Positions 27,023 to 38,422 of a DNA stretch of 64,000 nt are shown one piece after another. A program made the position numbers and the translations under genes. Source of the DNA: Octopus vulgaris (taxonomy: Eukaryota); NCBI GenBank assembly GCA_951406725.2, contig OX597821.1, positions 58,032,001-58,096,000 on the forward strand. The letters run 5' to 3'. Position 1 is the stretch's first letter. The number at the start of each line of letters is the position of its first letter. Under the pieces are notes generated by a model. It worked only from the letters and a program-made list of their open reading frames with translations. It had not been told where the DNA came from and did not search any database.

Positions 27023-27769
27023 TGTTATTATTATTATTATTATTATTGCCTGGAATTGAACTCGGAATCTTGGGGTTAGTTGTTCGTGCTGTTAACCACT
27101 ACGCCATATGCAGTAGCACATGTCCATCTTAGTGGGAAAATTACCTCTGTAGGATGAATGCATTACAAGTAGTGTTTCGAGTTCTAGAAGCCACAGTATA
27201 AGTGACCGAAATCACAGCACCATTTCTAAAAGAGGACGCCAGTCCGTCACAGATTATTCATTTACAGTTTGGTTGTATTTGAGCAATGTGAACAGAAGCA
27301 TTCTGCTCAAAAAGAAGACTCACTGCTCAGGCCGAGAAGCGAAACCACTTTCGCAAGATCATGGTCGTAACACCCTAACCCCTAGGTCACGCGTCTTCAC
27401 TGGATTGAATGGATAACCATATTTTTCTTTCACTCTTCAAGTATATTCTTTTAAAACTATTTCCAAACGCCCCTCGGTAATTATGCGCGACCTTCCACTC
27501 AGCTTGTAACGAAAAAGTTCCATTGTATAAATTGTTAATCAGGAATGAGACGGTTGTCCTTAAGCCATTATAGTATTTTCGAAAGCATATGATCAGAAAG
27601 ATTGATTCAGGCTACAGAGGTTAATTTTCGAAATGAATTATTTCAGTATTGAATGAGGAAAAAAGATACACGCCCTAAAGTAATGAAATTCTTGGAGGAA
27701 ACGACTTCGCCTTTAGCATTTAGATACTTCTGTCAAGAAGCAAGTTTAGTTTGATCTTTTATCTCTTTT

Positions 27770-28124
27770 ACTCTTTACTCTTTTACTTGTTTCAGTCATT
27801 TGACTGTAGTCATGCTGGAGCACCGTCTTTAAGCCTAGTACTTATTCTATCGGTTTCTTGTGCCGAACCGCTAAGTTACGGGGACGTAAACACACCAGCA
27901 TCGGTTGTCAAGCGATGTTGGGGGGACAAACACAGACACAAACGTATACACACACATAATATATATATATATATATACATATATACGACGGGCTACTTTC
28001 AGTTTCCGTCTACCAAATCCACTCACAAGGCTTTGGTCGGCTCGAGGCTATAGTAGAAGACACTTGCCCAAGGTGCCACGCAATGGGACTGAACCCGGAA
28101 CCATGTGATTCGTATGCAAACTAC
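27770..28124 (-). mobile_element. SINE family A, head truncated at the next element
   Basis: Family A tail and body up to gaacccggaaccatgtg..ctac. Confidence 0.88.
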
Positions 28125-30192
28125 TTTATTTCAAACTACATTATTTGTCATATAGACAGTATAAATATTGTGTAGCTTAGCGGGCTGGATAAACATATTA
28201 ATGAATGAAAATGAAATAAAATGAATAAATGAGAGACGAAACCCAACACCCGCCGATTGGATTTTTCTCAAAAACATATTTTCTTTTTTTTTTAATCAAT
28301 ATGAGGTTTCAAACCTCTTACAAGAAGGAGGCACTAAAACCTCTTACTTAACATGTTTTTTTAAAAAAACACACAATAGAGGTTATAAACCACTACAAAT
28401 AATGCAATATGATGAGGTTTCAAACCCTCTAACGATGCTTTTTCACCTCCTACTCATCGATATATTCATCATTATCTTCAATGCCGCTTGAATTCCTGTA
28501 TCCCGCCATTTCCCATGCCTCACTCATATAGGACATCTAAATTGTGCAAGGGCCACCCGGCTATATGCGACACTCCTCCCCAAATCCTTTAAGCCTTTCC
28601 CACAAGGGAAACCTTATGACCTCCAGAGCTATCTGCGGAGGCCATTCGGGATCCCGTGTGAAGGGCATATCTACTGTCTCTTTATGTTCTACTAATTTTC
28701 CACCTCCCCGCCCTTGTAGAAAAAGATAATTAATTCATAATCTTCAAGGGTGGGGGGTCGTTTCTTCCACCGTGGGTGGCACAACTTCGGGACATGCAGA
28801 CGGCACATCATCTCCCCCCTGCGATGACCCGTTCTTCTTTCTTTTTTCTTTTCTTCCTGATTTCGGGAGAGTGGAGCTCTTCCGCTTTGTCCAGAGTCTC
28901 TCCCCCCACCTCCCAAAGCCTTAGGCAACAATAGTTGCCCGCCTTCTTCCTTTTTAATCCTTTTTGAAGCCTCCTCAACCACATCCACCTCTCCCTTTGA
29001 CCGGGTAGGGGAGGTGGCATCCAGTGAATGTTCCAGGACCTTACCATGGTCTTGGGGCAGTTCTTTTAATGTGGCCTTTGTGCAGGCACGAGTGACACTT
29101 GGGGGGGACGTACCTCAAGTATCACCGGATACCTGCAGCCAGCCATTTTTAGAAAATCTGGAAAAACCAGATCTGTTGCGGCCGATGGGATCCGCAGGGT
29201 CAAAATCGCTTTTGGCCCTTTCCAATCGACCGCCGGCAATACCCTTACATTTAAGAGCCTGGGCCCGCTATCCCCCAGTCCCCGTCGGATGGTATCTTCA
29301 ATCCAACCCGCCTCGGTGCCTGGGGGTAACCCACATACCCAGGCTCTTATTAATTTCCTCCCGCAGTACGACGGAAGGATCAGAATTTCGTTGCCCTCTA
29401 AAGGCTGACTCGCAAATTTGCGAGCCTTCTCCCGGTTGCCAAACAGCAACCATGCGGCTGCATGTTTGACACCACAGGATATGTATTTCACAGAGGATAA
29501 ATAGTCTTTCAGTTCATTTTCTATAACTTGTTTTGGGGAAACGGTGATAGAATCAAGAACTTTAGAATAAGTTAGAATAAGTTCTAACCACCACCGTCCT
29601 CTCCTCAATATCTTTTAATCACTGCTTGGGTGGGACAATCCAAAGCAGCAGCACCATTCTTTATCACCACAAGGAAGAAAGTTCAGATGCCCGCAAAAAT
29701 AGAAAGACACTAAAAAGAAAAAAAAGTCCGAACAAAAAATAAATAGTAAAAAATAAGACAAAAGAAAACAAAAAGGACAGTTAAAAAAAAAACAGAAGGA
29801 AAAACACGGAAGAAATAAAAATATGGTTCCAAATAGCAATTACACAATTCCGGCCACAGGTACTCCTGGCCCTCTTCTTTGGCTGGTACTCCGAGCCGGA
29901 ATCTTAAATCCACAGAAGACGAATCTTTGCCATCAATGGGCCACAAAAATTTTCAATGACAGGAACAAACTTCAATTTTTGGGCGGGGATACACCCACAA
30001 CATTTTTTCGACAAGCAAAAATCACAATAGCCGCCGAGAGCAGGCGAAATTGTCCCAGAGCTGGGCGAAATTTACTGAAAAAAATTCCAAAACAATAAAT
30101 CACGCTCAGCTCAAAACAAACAAAATCACCTACCTCGAACGGACTTCTTAATTTTCAGTTTTAGGACGGAGCACACTGGCTCATGTCCTCCT
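28125..30192 (-). mobile_element. Gag-like ORF1 (zinc-knuckle) retroelement of L1/Tx1 type, with no recognisable ORF2
   Basis: Frameshifted ORF IEERTVVVRTYSK...ILPSYCGRK..VCGLPP...YPVILE.RPP then C-HS-C-LHKG-H-IK(K)N-C (CX2CX4HX4C after a frameshift). The 5' UTR begins near ggacatgagccagtgtgctccgtcc; AATAAA lies at the 3' end (28125-28130). Confidence 0.72.
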
Positions 30193-30729
30193 TGTTCAAG
30201 TGTTGAAGCAAAACACCAAAGGATATAAAGTCATGGCATAAATGTCACCGTTATATCTACTCAACCATTGTGTTTAATAAAATCAGCTTTGAAACACTAA
30301 AGATCCACTTTCCGTCCATTCAATAAAGCCGCTATTTTCTATGAATGGTCAGCTAAGGCACTTCAGATGCATCTTCACGAAGAATTAGGTTTATCGCTCA
30401 AATTTTATCATTATGCAAACCACTCATCGTATCCTATATTAAGAGCTCTCTGGAAACCTTAATCCGAGAGAAACCATTGTATTTCTACACATTGTTCATA
30501 TAATAAATATACCATTATGAATAGCATGTGTTTCGGTAGATCCTATCAGGCATGTTATATTATTATATTTACTAATGCGAATCTCGAGTATGATATTAGA
30601 GTAGTTGTAATTGTTACGAATAACTGCAGAAAGAAAGAACTGTAATAAGAGTATAATATAAATAAGAATGATCGATGTTCATTGAGTTAAATGTAAACTC
30701 TTAATCAATGTACATACACAAGCACAAAC

Positions 30730-30806
30730 ACGATAGACAGACAGACAGATAGGCAGACAGACAGATAGATAGATATAGATAGACAGTTAGATAGATATAT
30801 ATATAT

Positions 30807-30891
<85 letters not shown>

Positions 30892-30977
30892 CAGTTAGAT
30901 AGATAGAGATAGATAGATACATACATACATACATGCAGATATGACTATAGATATAGTTACAGACATACATACAGATA

Positions 30978-31055
<78 letters not shown>

Positions 31056-31395
31056 GATATACATATGTATTTATCTCTGTCTATATGTATTATATATATA
31101 TATATATGTGTGTGTGTGTGCATATGTATGTATTTATATACATATATATATGTATACACACATATATATATACATACACAAATATATGCACACACACACA
31201 TATGTGTGTATGTATATATGTATTATATACATATATTTATGTGTATATAAACGTATGCATTCATGCATACATACATATAGTGACAGAGATGAGAGAAGGT
31301 TGAAGCTAGCCATATATACATAGAGGGAGAGAGCGGCGTGTGTGTGCATGTGTGCGTATGGGGGATGTATATATGTGTGCGAACACACGCACACG

Positions 31396-31430
<35 letters not shown>
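30730..31430. repeat. (GATA)n, (TA)n and (CA)n microsatellite cluster
   Basis: Direct reading. Confidence 0.95.
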
Positions 31431-31433
<3 letters not shown>

Positions 31434-31784
31434 AACAGATCAAGCAAGTTAAAGCGGATGTTATGAAACTTCAAGATGCCGGTAGATTAGGAGGAGCAGC
31501 TATTTTTTTCGTACGCACATATATAAATAAATGTTTATTAATTATCTATGGTGATTGCTTCTTGTTCTGTTATATGTAGCTTGCTTGGTCGTTTTTAGAA
31601 GTGTGTATGTGTCTTAATTTTAGAAGCCAAAGTATGGCGATTCGGTGATCATATTTCGATAAAATATCAGGCATTATGAAGGATCGGGGTAGATCGATCG
31701 ACATCTTGGTGGGATGTCTCAACACAGCCGTAGTCCAGTCACTAAAACTAGTAAAAGAATAATAGAGTATACGCATATATATAT

Positions 31785-31943
31785 AGGTGCAGGAGTGGCT
31801 GTGTAGTAAGTAGCTTGCTTACCAACCACACGGTTCTGGGTACATTCCCAGTGCGTAGCACCTTGGGCAAGTGTCCTCTATTATAACCTTGTGAGTGGAT
31901 TTGGTAGGGGGAAACTGAAATAAGCACGTCGTATATATGTGTA

Positions 31944-31999
<56 letters not shown>

Positions 32000-32012
32000 T
32001 TTATATAGAGAG

Positions 32013-32043
<31 letters not shown>

Positions 32044-32115
32044 TGTATGTATGTATGTATGTATGTATGTATGTATGTGTTTGTATATGTTTGTGTGTCT
32101 CTGTTTGCCACTAAC
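31785..32115 (+). mobile_element. SINE family A, 5' part
   Basis: ggtgcaggagtggctgtgtagtaagtagcttgcttaccaacc... Confidence 0.85.
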
Positions 32116-32528
32116 CACTACAAACTGCAGTCCGTGCGTATCACTTAGGTTGACGAGGGAGGGATGACCTCCCTTTGCAAATACCATAAGGGCACAGAAA
32201 GTGTGCCTAAAGCCAGCTGCAGACGATGTTCTCCTGGGGCTACAAGCTACAGTAACACCCCACCCTTAGTGGTTAGCCATATTGAGATGGCAAGTGTAGC
32301 TCACATTGTCGTGCAGTTACTATTTATACCTCGTTCAGAGATTTATTATTGCTTGCATACTGTTTCTTTTATGCTTTTATTCGTTTCGGCTCAAAGGCAG
32401 TGCCAATGCTGAGGTACTCACCTTTCCAGTGGTTATTCTCGTCATTAGTTTTTGATGAATAGCAAGATAGATAGACAGATAGATAGAGAGAGAGAGAGAG
32501 AAAGAGACGTATATGTATGAACATATAA

Positions 32529-32572
<44 letters not shown>

Positions 32573-32590
32573 ACGTACATACATATGTTT

Positions 32591-32624
<34 letters not shown>

Positions 32625-32629
<5 letters not shown>

Positions 32630-32848
32630 TTTATAATTACTAAATGATTATAATAGAGGGTACACTAAGTACCTGCTGGTATGAAATAAGAGTTAAAATA
32701 CTGAAACAAGAATTTCTGCAGCTTTCAGCTGAGTTTAGATGTTACATTTTCTCTGCTTGTTGGCCCTATTTTGGTTGTTGTTATGACTTCTAAGAAACTG
32801 GTACTTAGTGTACCCTCTATTATAATTATTTGTTAATTATAAAATTTT
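32625..32848. mobile_element. Foldback/MITE-like element with ~48-bp imperfect TIRs
   Basis: Perfect 27-bp core attataatagagggtacactaagtacc / ggtacttagtgtaccctctattataat, extending imperfectly outward. Confidence 0.75.
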
Positions 32849-32992
32849 ATTGATTTGACATATAACGGCATTATTGCTTCCTGGACACTAGTATAATTGT
32901 TGTTATTATTATTTATATATTTACTGCTATTATTAATAATAATAATATCTATATGAATATTCATTCGAATATTCACTCTTTTATATATATAT

Positions 32993-33488
32993 ACTAGCAG
33001 CATAGCCCGGCGTTGCCCGGGTATGTAAGAGCTCCTAGTAGGCAACGACTAATCCTAATCTAGTCCTTTCCCTCTAGGGAACGAAGGCACATGTGTAGGT
33101 TGCAATGTCTTCTCTTCACTCAAATACTTCCGTGTATTTTTTCTGATGGTAAGGTATTGCATGGAAAACTAACGTCAGAATTAAGTTTCTTAGGGTAACA
33201 TTAAGCTTCACCATGAGTTTGGTGAAAATCGATTGCGAGTTGCGCAAACTACAACAGAAAATGTGTTGCATATAAAAAGCTTAGATTCTCGACCCCAGTC
33301 GAATTTATCGATTTTTTTCAGAACTGGGGGAACAAACTTTTCGCTGCGTTAGTTTTGAATTATGACAGTGGTCTATGTGTGTGTCAAGTTTCATCAGAAT
33401 CGGTTGAAAGCCGTGGTCAGGGTGAGGGTACAACCTGACAGACACAGAGACACACAGACAGACAAACTGCCGTTTATATATAGAGAGA
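32993..33488 (-). mobile_element. Non-autonomous Helitron
   Basis: Minus TC start (tctctatatataaacggcag...), 3' hairpin cccgggcaacgccggg followed by CTAG. Confidence 0.85.
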
Positions 33489-34845
33489 TATATATATAAT
33501 AAATAATGATTCTTACATATTTCGTTATTGTAGTAAATTTGACTTACTGATGTTTCCTGTAATTAATCATTATATTTTTGTTATCGCTATATGTATATAT
33601 ATAAACTTAGATAAAACTTAGATATCTTTCGACCAAAGATTGGGCCAGGCCATGTCTAACTTAATAGCACCACCTGATAGGATTATCTAAATTCTTTTTA
33701 CGTCCAGTTTTGTGGTATTATGCTCCATTCAAGTAGTGAGTTCTTGTTGAGTGAGTTATATCCAGGTATCTTTGGCTTATCTGGTAATTTTACAGTAGAA
33801 AGTCTTATGTAAATTTTTATTTATTCCAAGTCAAAGCATGCCTTCACCGACAGACAGGCGTCTTAATCAGTAAAGTTTTGTGCAATTTTTCGCCCAAAAT
33901 AATTCGTTGAGAATTTTTTCCAACCGTTTCGCATGACTTTATTCATTAAAACTTCAGAAGTTCTTACAACTTTTGTAATCGTATTTCTTTCGTTTGTTTA
34001 ATAAAAATTCCTCCTCCAAATGATTTTTGCTTTGAGTTCGTGATAGACAGCTATCATGCAGAAAATGCCAGCTTCCAAATCTTGTTTTCAGATTTAACGT
34101 GGAAAATTATTTGAATATACCAAATTGGGAACTTTTGACGTGATTTTAGAAAGTCAAAATATGTGACAGCAACAGAGAAGACCCTACAAAAGTAGAGAGA
34201 TAGACAGTTATAGGATGTGAAACTCGTACACACACACATTTACAAACATACACACGGGCAATCACGAGTATAAAATGATGTATAGTAGACATATGTACGT
34301 ATGTATGCATATATATGTATGTGTGTGTGTATCTGTGTGAATGTTTCTTTGTGATGGTCAGCAAAAAAACCACCTACCCCCTTTCTCCTTAAAGCTACGT
34401 ATTCCTCACACACTCTTTTCTGTGCGTGTCTGTGTGTGTGTGTGTATGCCTGGGTGTGTATGCGTGTGTCTGTTTGTGTATGTATTGTATCTGTGTATGT
34501 ACGAAACTATGTATGCAGCGTCGCGTATATATGACAGATGTAGTAAGATTACCATCCCATTGCCACCGCTGTTCCCATCTTCACTGATATAAGTCGCCTT
34601 CTCTCTGTTACCACCTTTCCCTCAGACTAATACTTCTTGCAACCTTCTCATTTTATCATATAATTCTCCCAACGCCCACGGGGGTGGGGAATTTTATAGA
34701 TTTTTATTGAAATCCAATTAGTCTATTATTGAACTGGGTGTTAGTGTAGCATATTGGCAAAGTTTCGTGAATATTAGTTCGCTGGTTTAGTCACTAAGAT
34801 GGAAACAGACAGATAGACAGACAGAAATTGCCATTTATATATATA

Positions 34846-35219
34846 CTAGCAGTATCGCCCGGCGTTGCTCGGGTTTGTAAGGGAAATAACTATAAAGCAT
34901 TTTTAGAGAGTTATAGCCAAAAAAATGGGAAAAAAATGATGGTAAATTTTTTTTTTTAGTTAAAAAGGTCGAGTCGCGTCCCCTAGAAAGTCTGTGGTTT
35001 GTGTTTCTGATTCTCGACTCCATGTCGAATTTATCGATTTTTTTCAGAACTGGGGGAACTTTTCAAAATTTTCGCTGCGTTAGTTTTGAATTATGACATT
35101 GGGCTATGTGTGTGTCAAGTTTCATCAGAATCGGTTGAAAGCCGTGGTCAGGGTGAGGGTACAACCTGACAGACACACAGAAACACACACAGACAAACTG
35201 CCGTTTATATAGAGAGAGA
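34846..35219 (-). mobile_element. Non-autonomous Helitron (same 5' arm as 32993-33488)
   Basis: Plus strand ctagcagtatcgcccggcgttgctcggg ... aagtttcatcagaatcggttgaaagccgtgg ... aaactgccgtttatatagagagaga. Confidence 0.85.
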
Positions 35220-35221
35220 TA

Positions 35222-35505
35222 TAGTGAAAGCGCATGGCTCAATGGTTAGGGTGTTGCACTCACGATTGCGAGATCGTGGGTTCGATTCTGAGACCGGGCG
35301 TTGCATTGTGTTCTTGAGCAAAGTACTTCATTTCACATTGCTCTGCAAGCATTTCGTCATCTGACATGTGACACCTAGTACACCTGTACATGTAATGTCG
35401 GTTTGATGGAGGGAGTGAGCTTATGTCTACACAAACATTTGATCACTATAAACAAATCATCTGTGTGATTGTCCGTGTCCGGTGAGAAATTGTTGAACCC
35501 TCATA
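35222..35505 (+). mobile_element. tRNA SINE with D-type head and a different tail
   Basis: gcatggctcaatggttagggtgttgcactcacgatt..ggttcgattc..ttcttgagcaaagtacttcatttcac. Confidence 0.72.
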
Positions 35506-35512
35506 TGTCGTG

Positions 35513-35599
<87 letters not shown>

Positions 35600-36869
35600 G
35601 CTGCGATTAGTTTCATGCCTCTTAAATAACAATCGTTAGACAAGCTTGTATAGTATACAAATATATAAATATATGTTTCATAATCATTTATATTGATCAC
35701 TTTCATACTCTATATACTTCTCTTAATGAACTGAAAATCATCATCACCGCCTCAGAATTACACATTCAGTCCCGCAGATTTTAACCTTTCCCCTTTTGAA
35801 TTATTTACACTAACTATATTAATTCCTATTCTAGCAGGGCCGAAAGAAAGCAGCTCTGAATTCATTTAGCTTAATGCTTCTTCTTTCGTTTTTCTCATTC
35901 CTAATTTATACACAACCCGCCACCTTTTTACAATACCACTGACTATGTCAGTTTGACGGAGTTTCGATCTGAATTTCGGTGGTAGAGCGTCTGTTGCTGA
36001 GCAAGCACAGTCTACACTGAAATCACGTGATACAACAGTCACATCGTCTGGTGATGACGAAATTTACGTCTGACTATGTAATCTGTTCTTTTTATAGCAC
36101 CTAACGTCAATACGAAATCATTTCTCAGGAGGATTACCACAACTTCCGGCATTCAAAGCAACACATCCAAGTTAAGTTAGATGTGCTAATTCATACAAGT
36201 TACAGATGCTGTTTCCGCTGCTAATAGCTAATAATCAATAATTTTCGAAAGCATGTAAAGTTAGCTCAGATCTCTGGAATTGCAAAAAAAATCTCAATAA
36301 ACAATGTGATGATACCCCCATATGGAAATCTAATCTAACAATCTGACATCTTAATTTATATTTTATGTTATATATATATCGATTAATACTAGTTCTTTCT
36401 AATCTTTATTAAAGTCCTATATTTTAGGTGGGATATTGTGATGCTCATGTTTCCCCCACTAGGACATTACATAAATTAATTACATAGATTAATTACATAA
36501 ATTAATTACATAAAATAATTGCATAAATTAGGTAAACAGGACACAACCGGAAATTTGAAATTGAATAAGAATTCTCGGCTGGCTTTATTACGTTAGCAAC
36601 TATACTGATTGCGTTTTAGGGTTTTATTTTTGTTTTTGTTTTTTTGCTCCATTTTTTTGTTTTGTTTTATTGTGTTTTGTTTTAAATTACCAGAAACATG
36701 GCTGGCCTTATATTACAAACGAGAGTAAGTCAGAAAGCAATTACGTCCTTGTTTGTTTTATTTTTTCTCTTAAATTCGGCGCCCTAAATTACAGAATGAG
36801 TTACGTTACCGATTTAAAGATATTTCTTACAAAATGACTCAAAGTTTTGGACTTTCAAGATTGCAAGTG

Positions 36870-37025
36870 TTACTGTGTGGTTCAGAAGCTCACTTTGCAG
36901 CCAGATAGTTTCGGGTTCAGTCTCACTGCGCGATACCTTGGAAAAGTGTCTTCTACTATATCCTTGGGCCGATTAATGCCTTGTGAATGAATATTTAGTA
37001 TAAACGGAAACTGTTTGGAAACAAG

Positions 37026-37076
<51 letters not shown>

Positions 37077-37175
37077 TTTATTTGTGTTTGTGTTTGTCCC
37101 CATCATCGCTTGACAACTGGTGTGGATTTGTTTATGTACATGTACCTTAGAGGTTTAAGGCGGTGCCCCAATATG
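36870..37175 (+). mobile_element. SINE family A (old)
   Basis: ctgtgtggttcagaagctc..gggttcagtctcactgcg..ccttggaaaagtgtcttctactata. Confidence 0.75.
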
Positions 37176-38326
37176 ACCGCAGTGTAACTCTAGAAAGAAG
37201 TGCCAAGGATAAATGGTAAATGCCCACAAACTCCTATCTGTGTGGTTTTGTGTCTAGAAGGAAAAATTGAAAAGTACAATATAGATTCTTAAACAATTGA
37301 GGCATCAAAAGTATTTCGATTTCTGACTAAAAACAAGTCATTTCATTCGTTTCACTAACGTCCTTGGAAAAGGCATGAGATCCAAACTTTTTCATGTCAC
37401 TAGTTTTTGATATACAAAATGTAAAAACCAAATTAACGAATAGTGGTGGGGGGACTCTCGAATTTGGCTTTATGTTCTATAAGAAATGACTAGTTTCGTT
37501 TAATTACATTACCTAGGGTTATGCCATGCTGATAAGTTCTAATAAGAATGAAATAGAGCTATACATAATCACCTAACATCAGAAATTTTAATATTTTTGT
37601 AATAAGTATGAAATATTTATAAATGTATATTCTATTACTTTTCATCCTTATTTCTTAACTTCTAATCCCACTAAATATTATGGAGAAATGACAGTCTCCC
37701 TTATACCAAATATCGATTAGGATACGCCTCGAATTAGATAGAACATGTATTCTAATATTCTTCAATTGTCGCAAAAGTATCTAAAGAAATATTTCCATTT
37801 CAGATTTTTCGCAACTATAAATATTTAATGTGCAACATAAATGACACAAAGTTGTAAGTGTTGCAACGAATATTTTCTAATGCTACACTATCTGTTCGTG
37901 TGTTGCTCAAAGCCCTTAAAAGGTCAATTGACATTTCTATTTTATCATCATTTATAATTACATAACTACAATAGTTAGCATTACATTTTCAATCTACTTT
38001 CAACACTTTCAACATATTGATCCTGGTGCTTATTTCAGTCTTCTACTTATTTTATCGATCACTATATCGTCGAACTGCTAGGTTCCGGGACCGTAAAGTG
38101 ACATGGATTAAGTAGCACCAGTTTTAAGGCCAGTGCAAACATAAATACTGACATGAGCACAGACAAGCGCTTATATATACGCAATGGTGTGCAATGGACT
38201 TGGCGTGGGATTTCACCGCCGTCCTGTGCGACATGCGCACACCGCACATCCTACAACATCACTGAAAATGTGTGTGTCCATATATATATATGTATATATA
38301 TGTGTGTGTGTGTGTGTTTGTGTATT

Positions 38327-38396
<70 letters not shown>

Positions 38397-38422
38397 TACT
38401 TATATGTATGTATGTAAGTATG

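Larger units (their letters stand above)
26261..27111 (-). mobile_element. Solo tRNA-headed, hammerhead-tailed module (same as Penelope 3' terminus), interrupted by a family F insert
   Basis: Minus head gcatatggcgtagtggtt...gagttcaattcc (27111-27048), then (AAT)n, then catcgaaaaataccttagg...ccccaagacacctcatgaaggctgg..cagccgaaacgttgtgtt; homologous to 21405-21618. Confidence 0.85.

Noticed and set aside
27048-27111. tRNA gene candidates (also at the other SINE heads)
   Set aside because: A/B boxes are present but there is no complete cloverleaf, and each continues into a SINE body.
36476-36530. 13-bp tandem repeat (attacataaatta, about 4-5 copies), superficially array-like
   Set aside because: Simple minisatellite with no spacers in eukaryotic DNA; not CRISPR.
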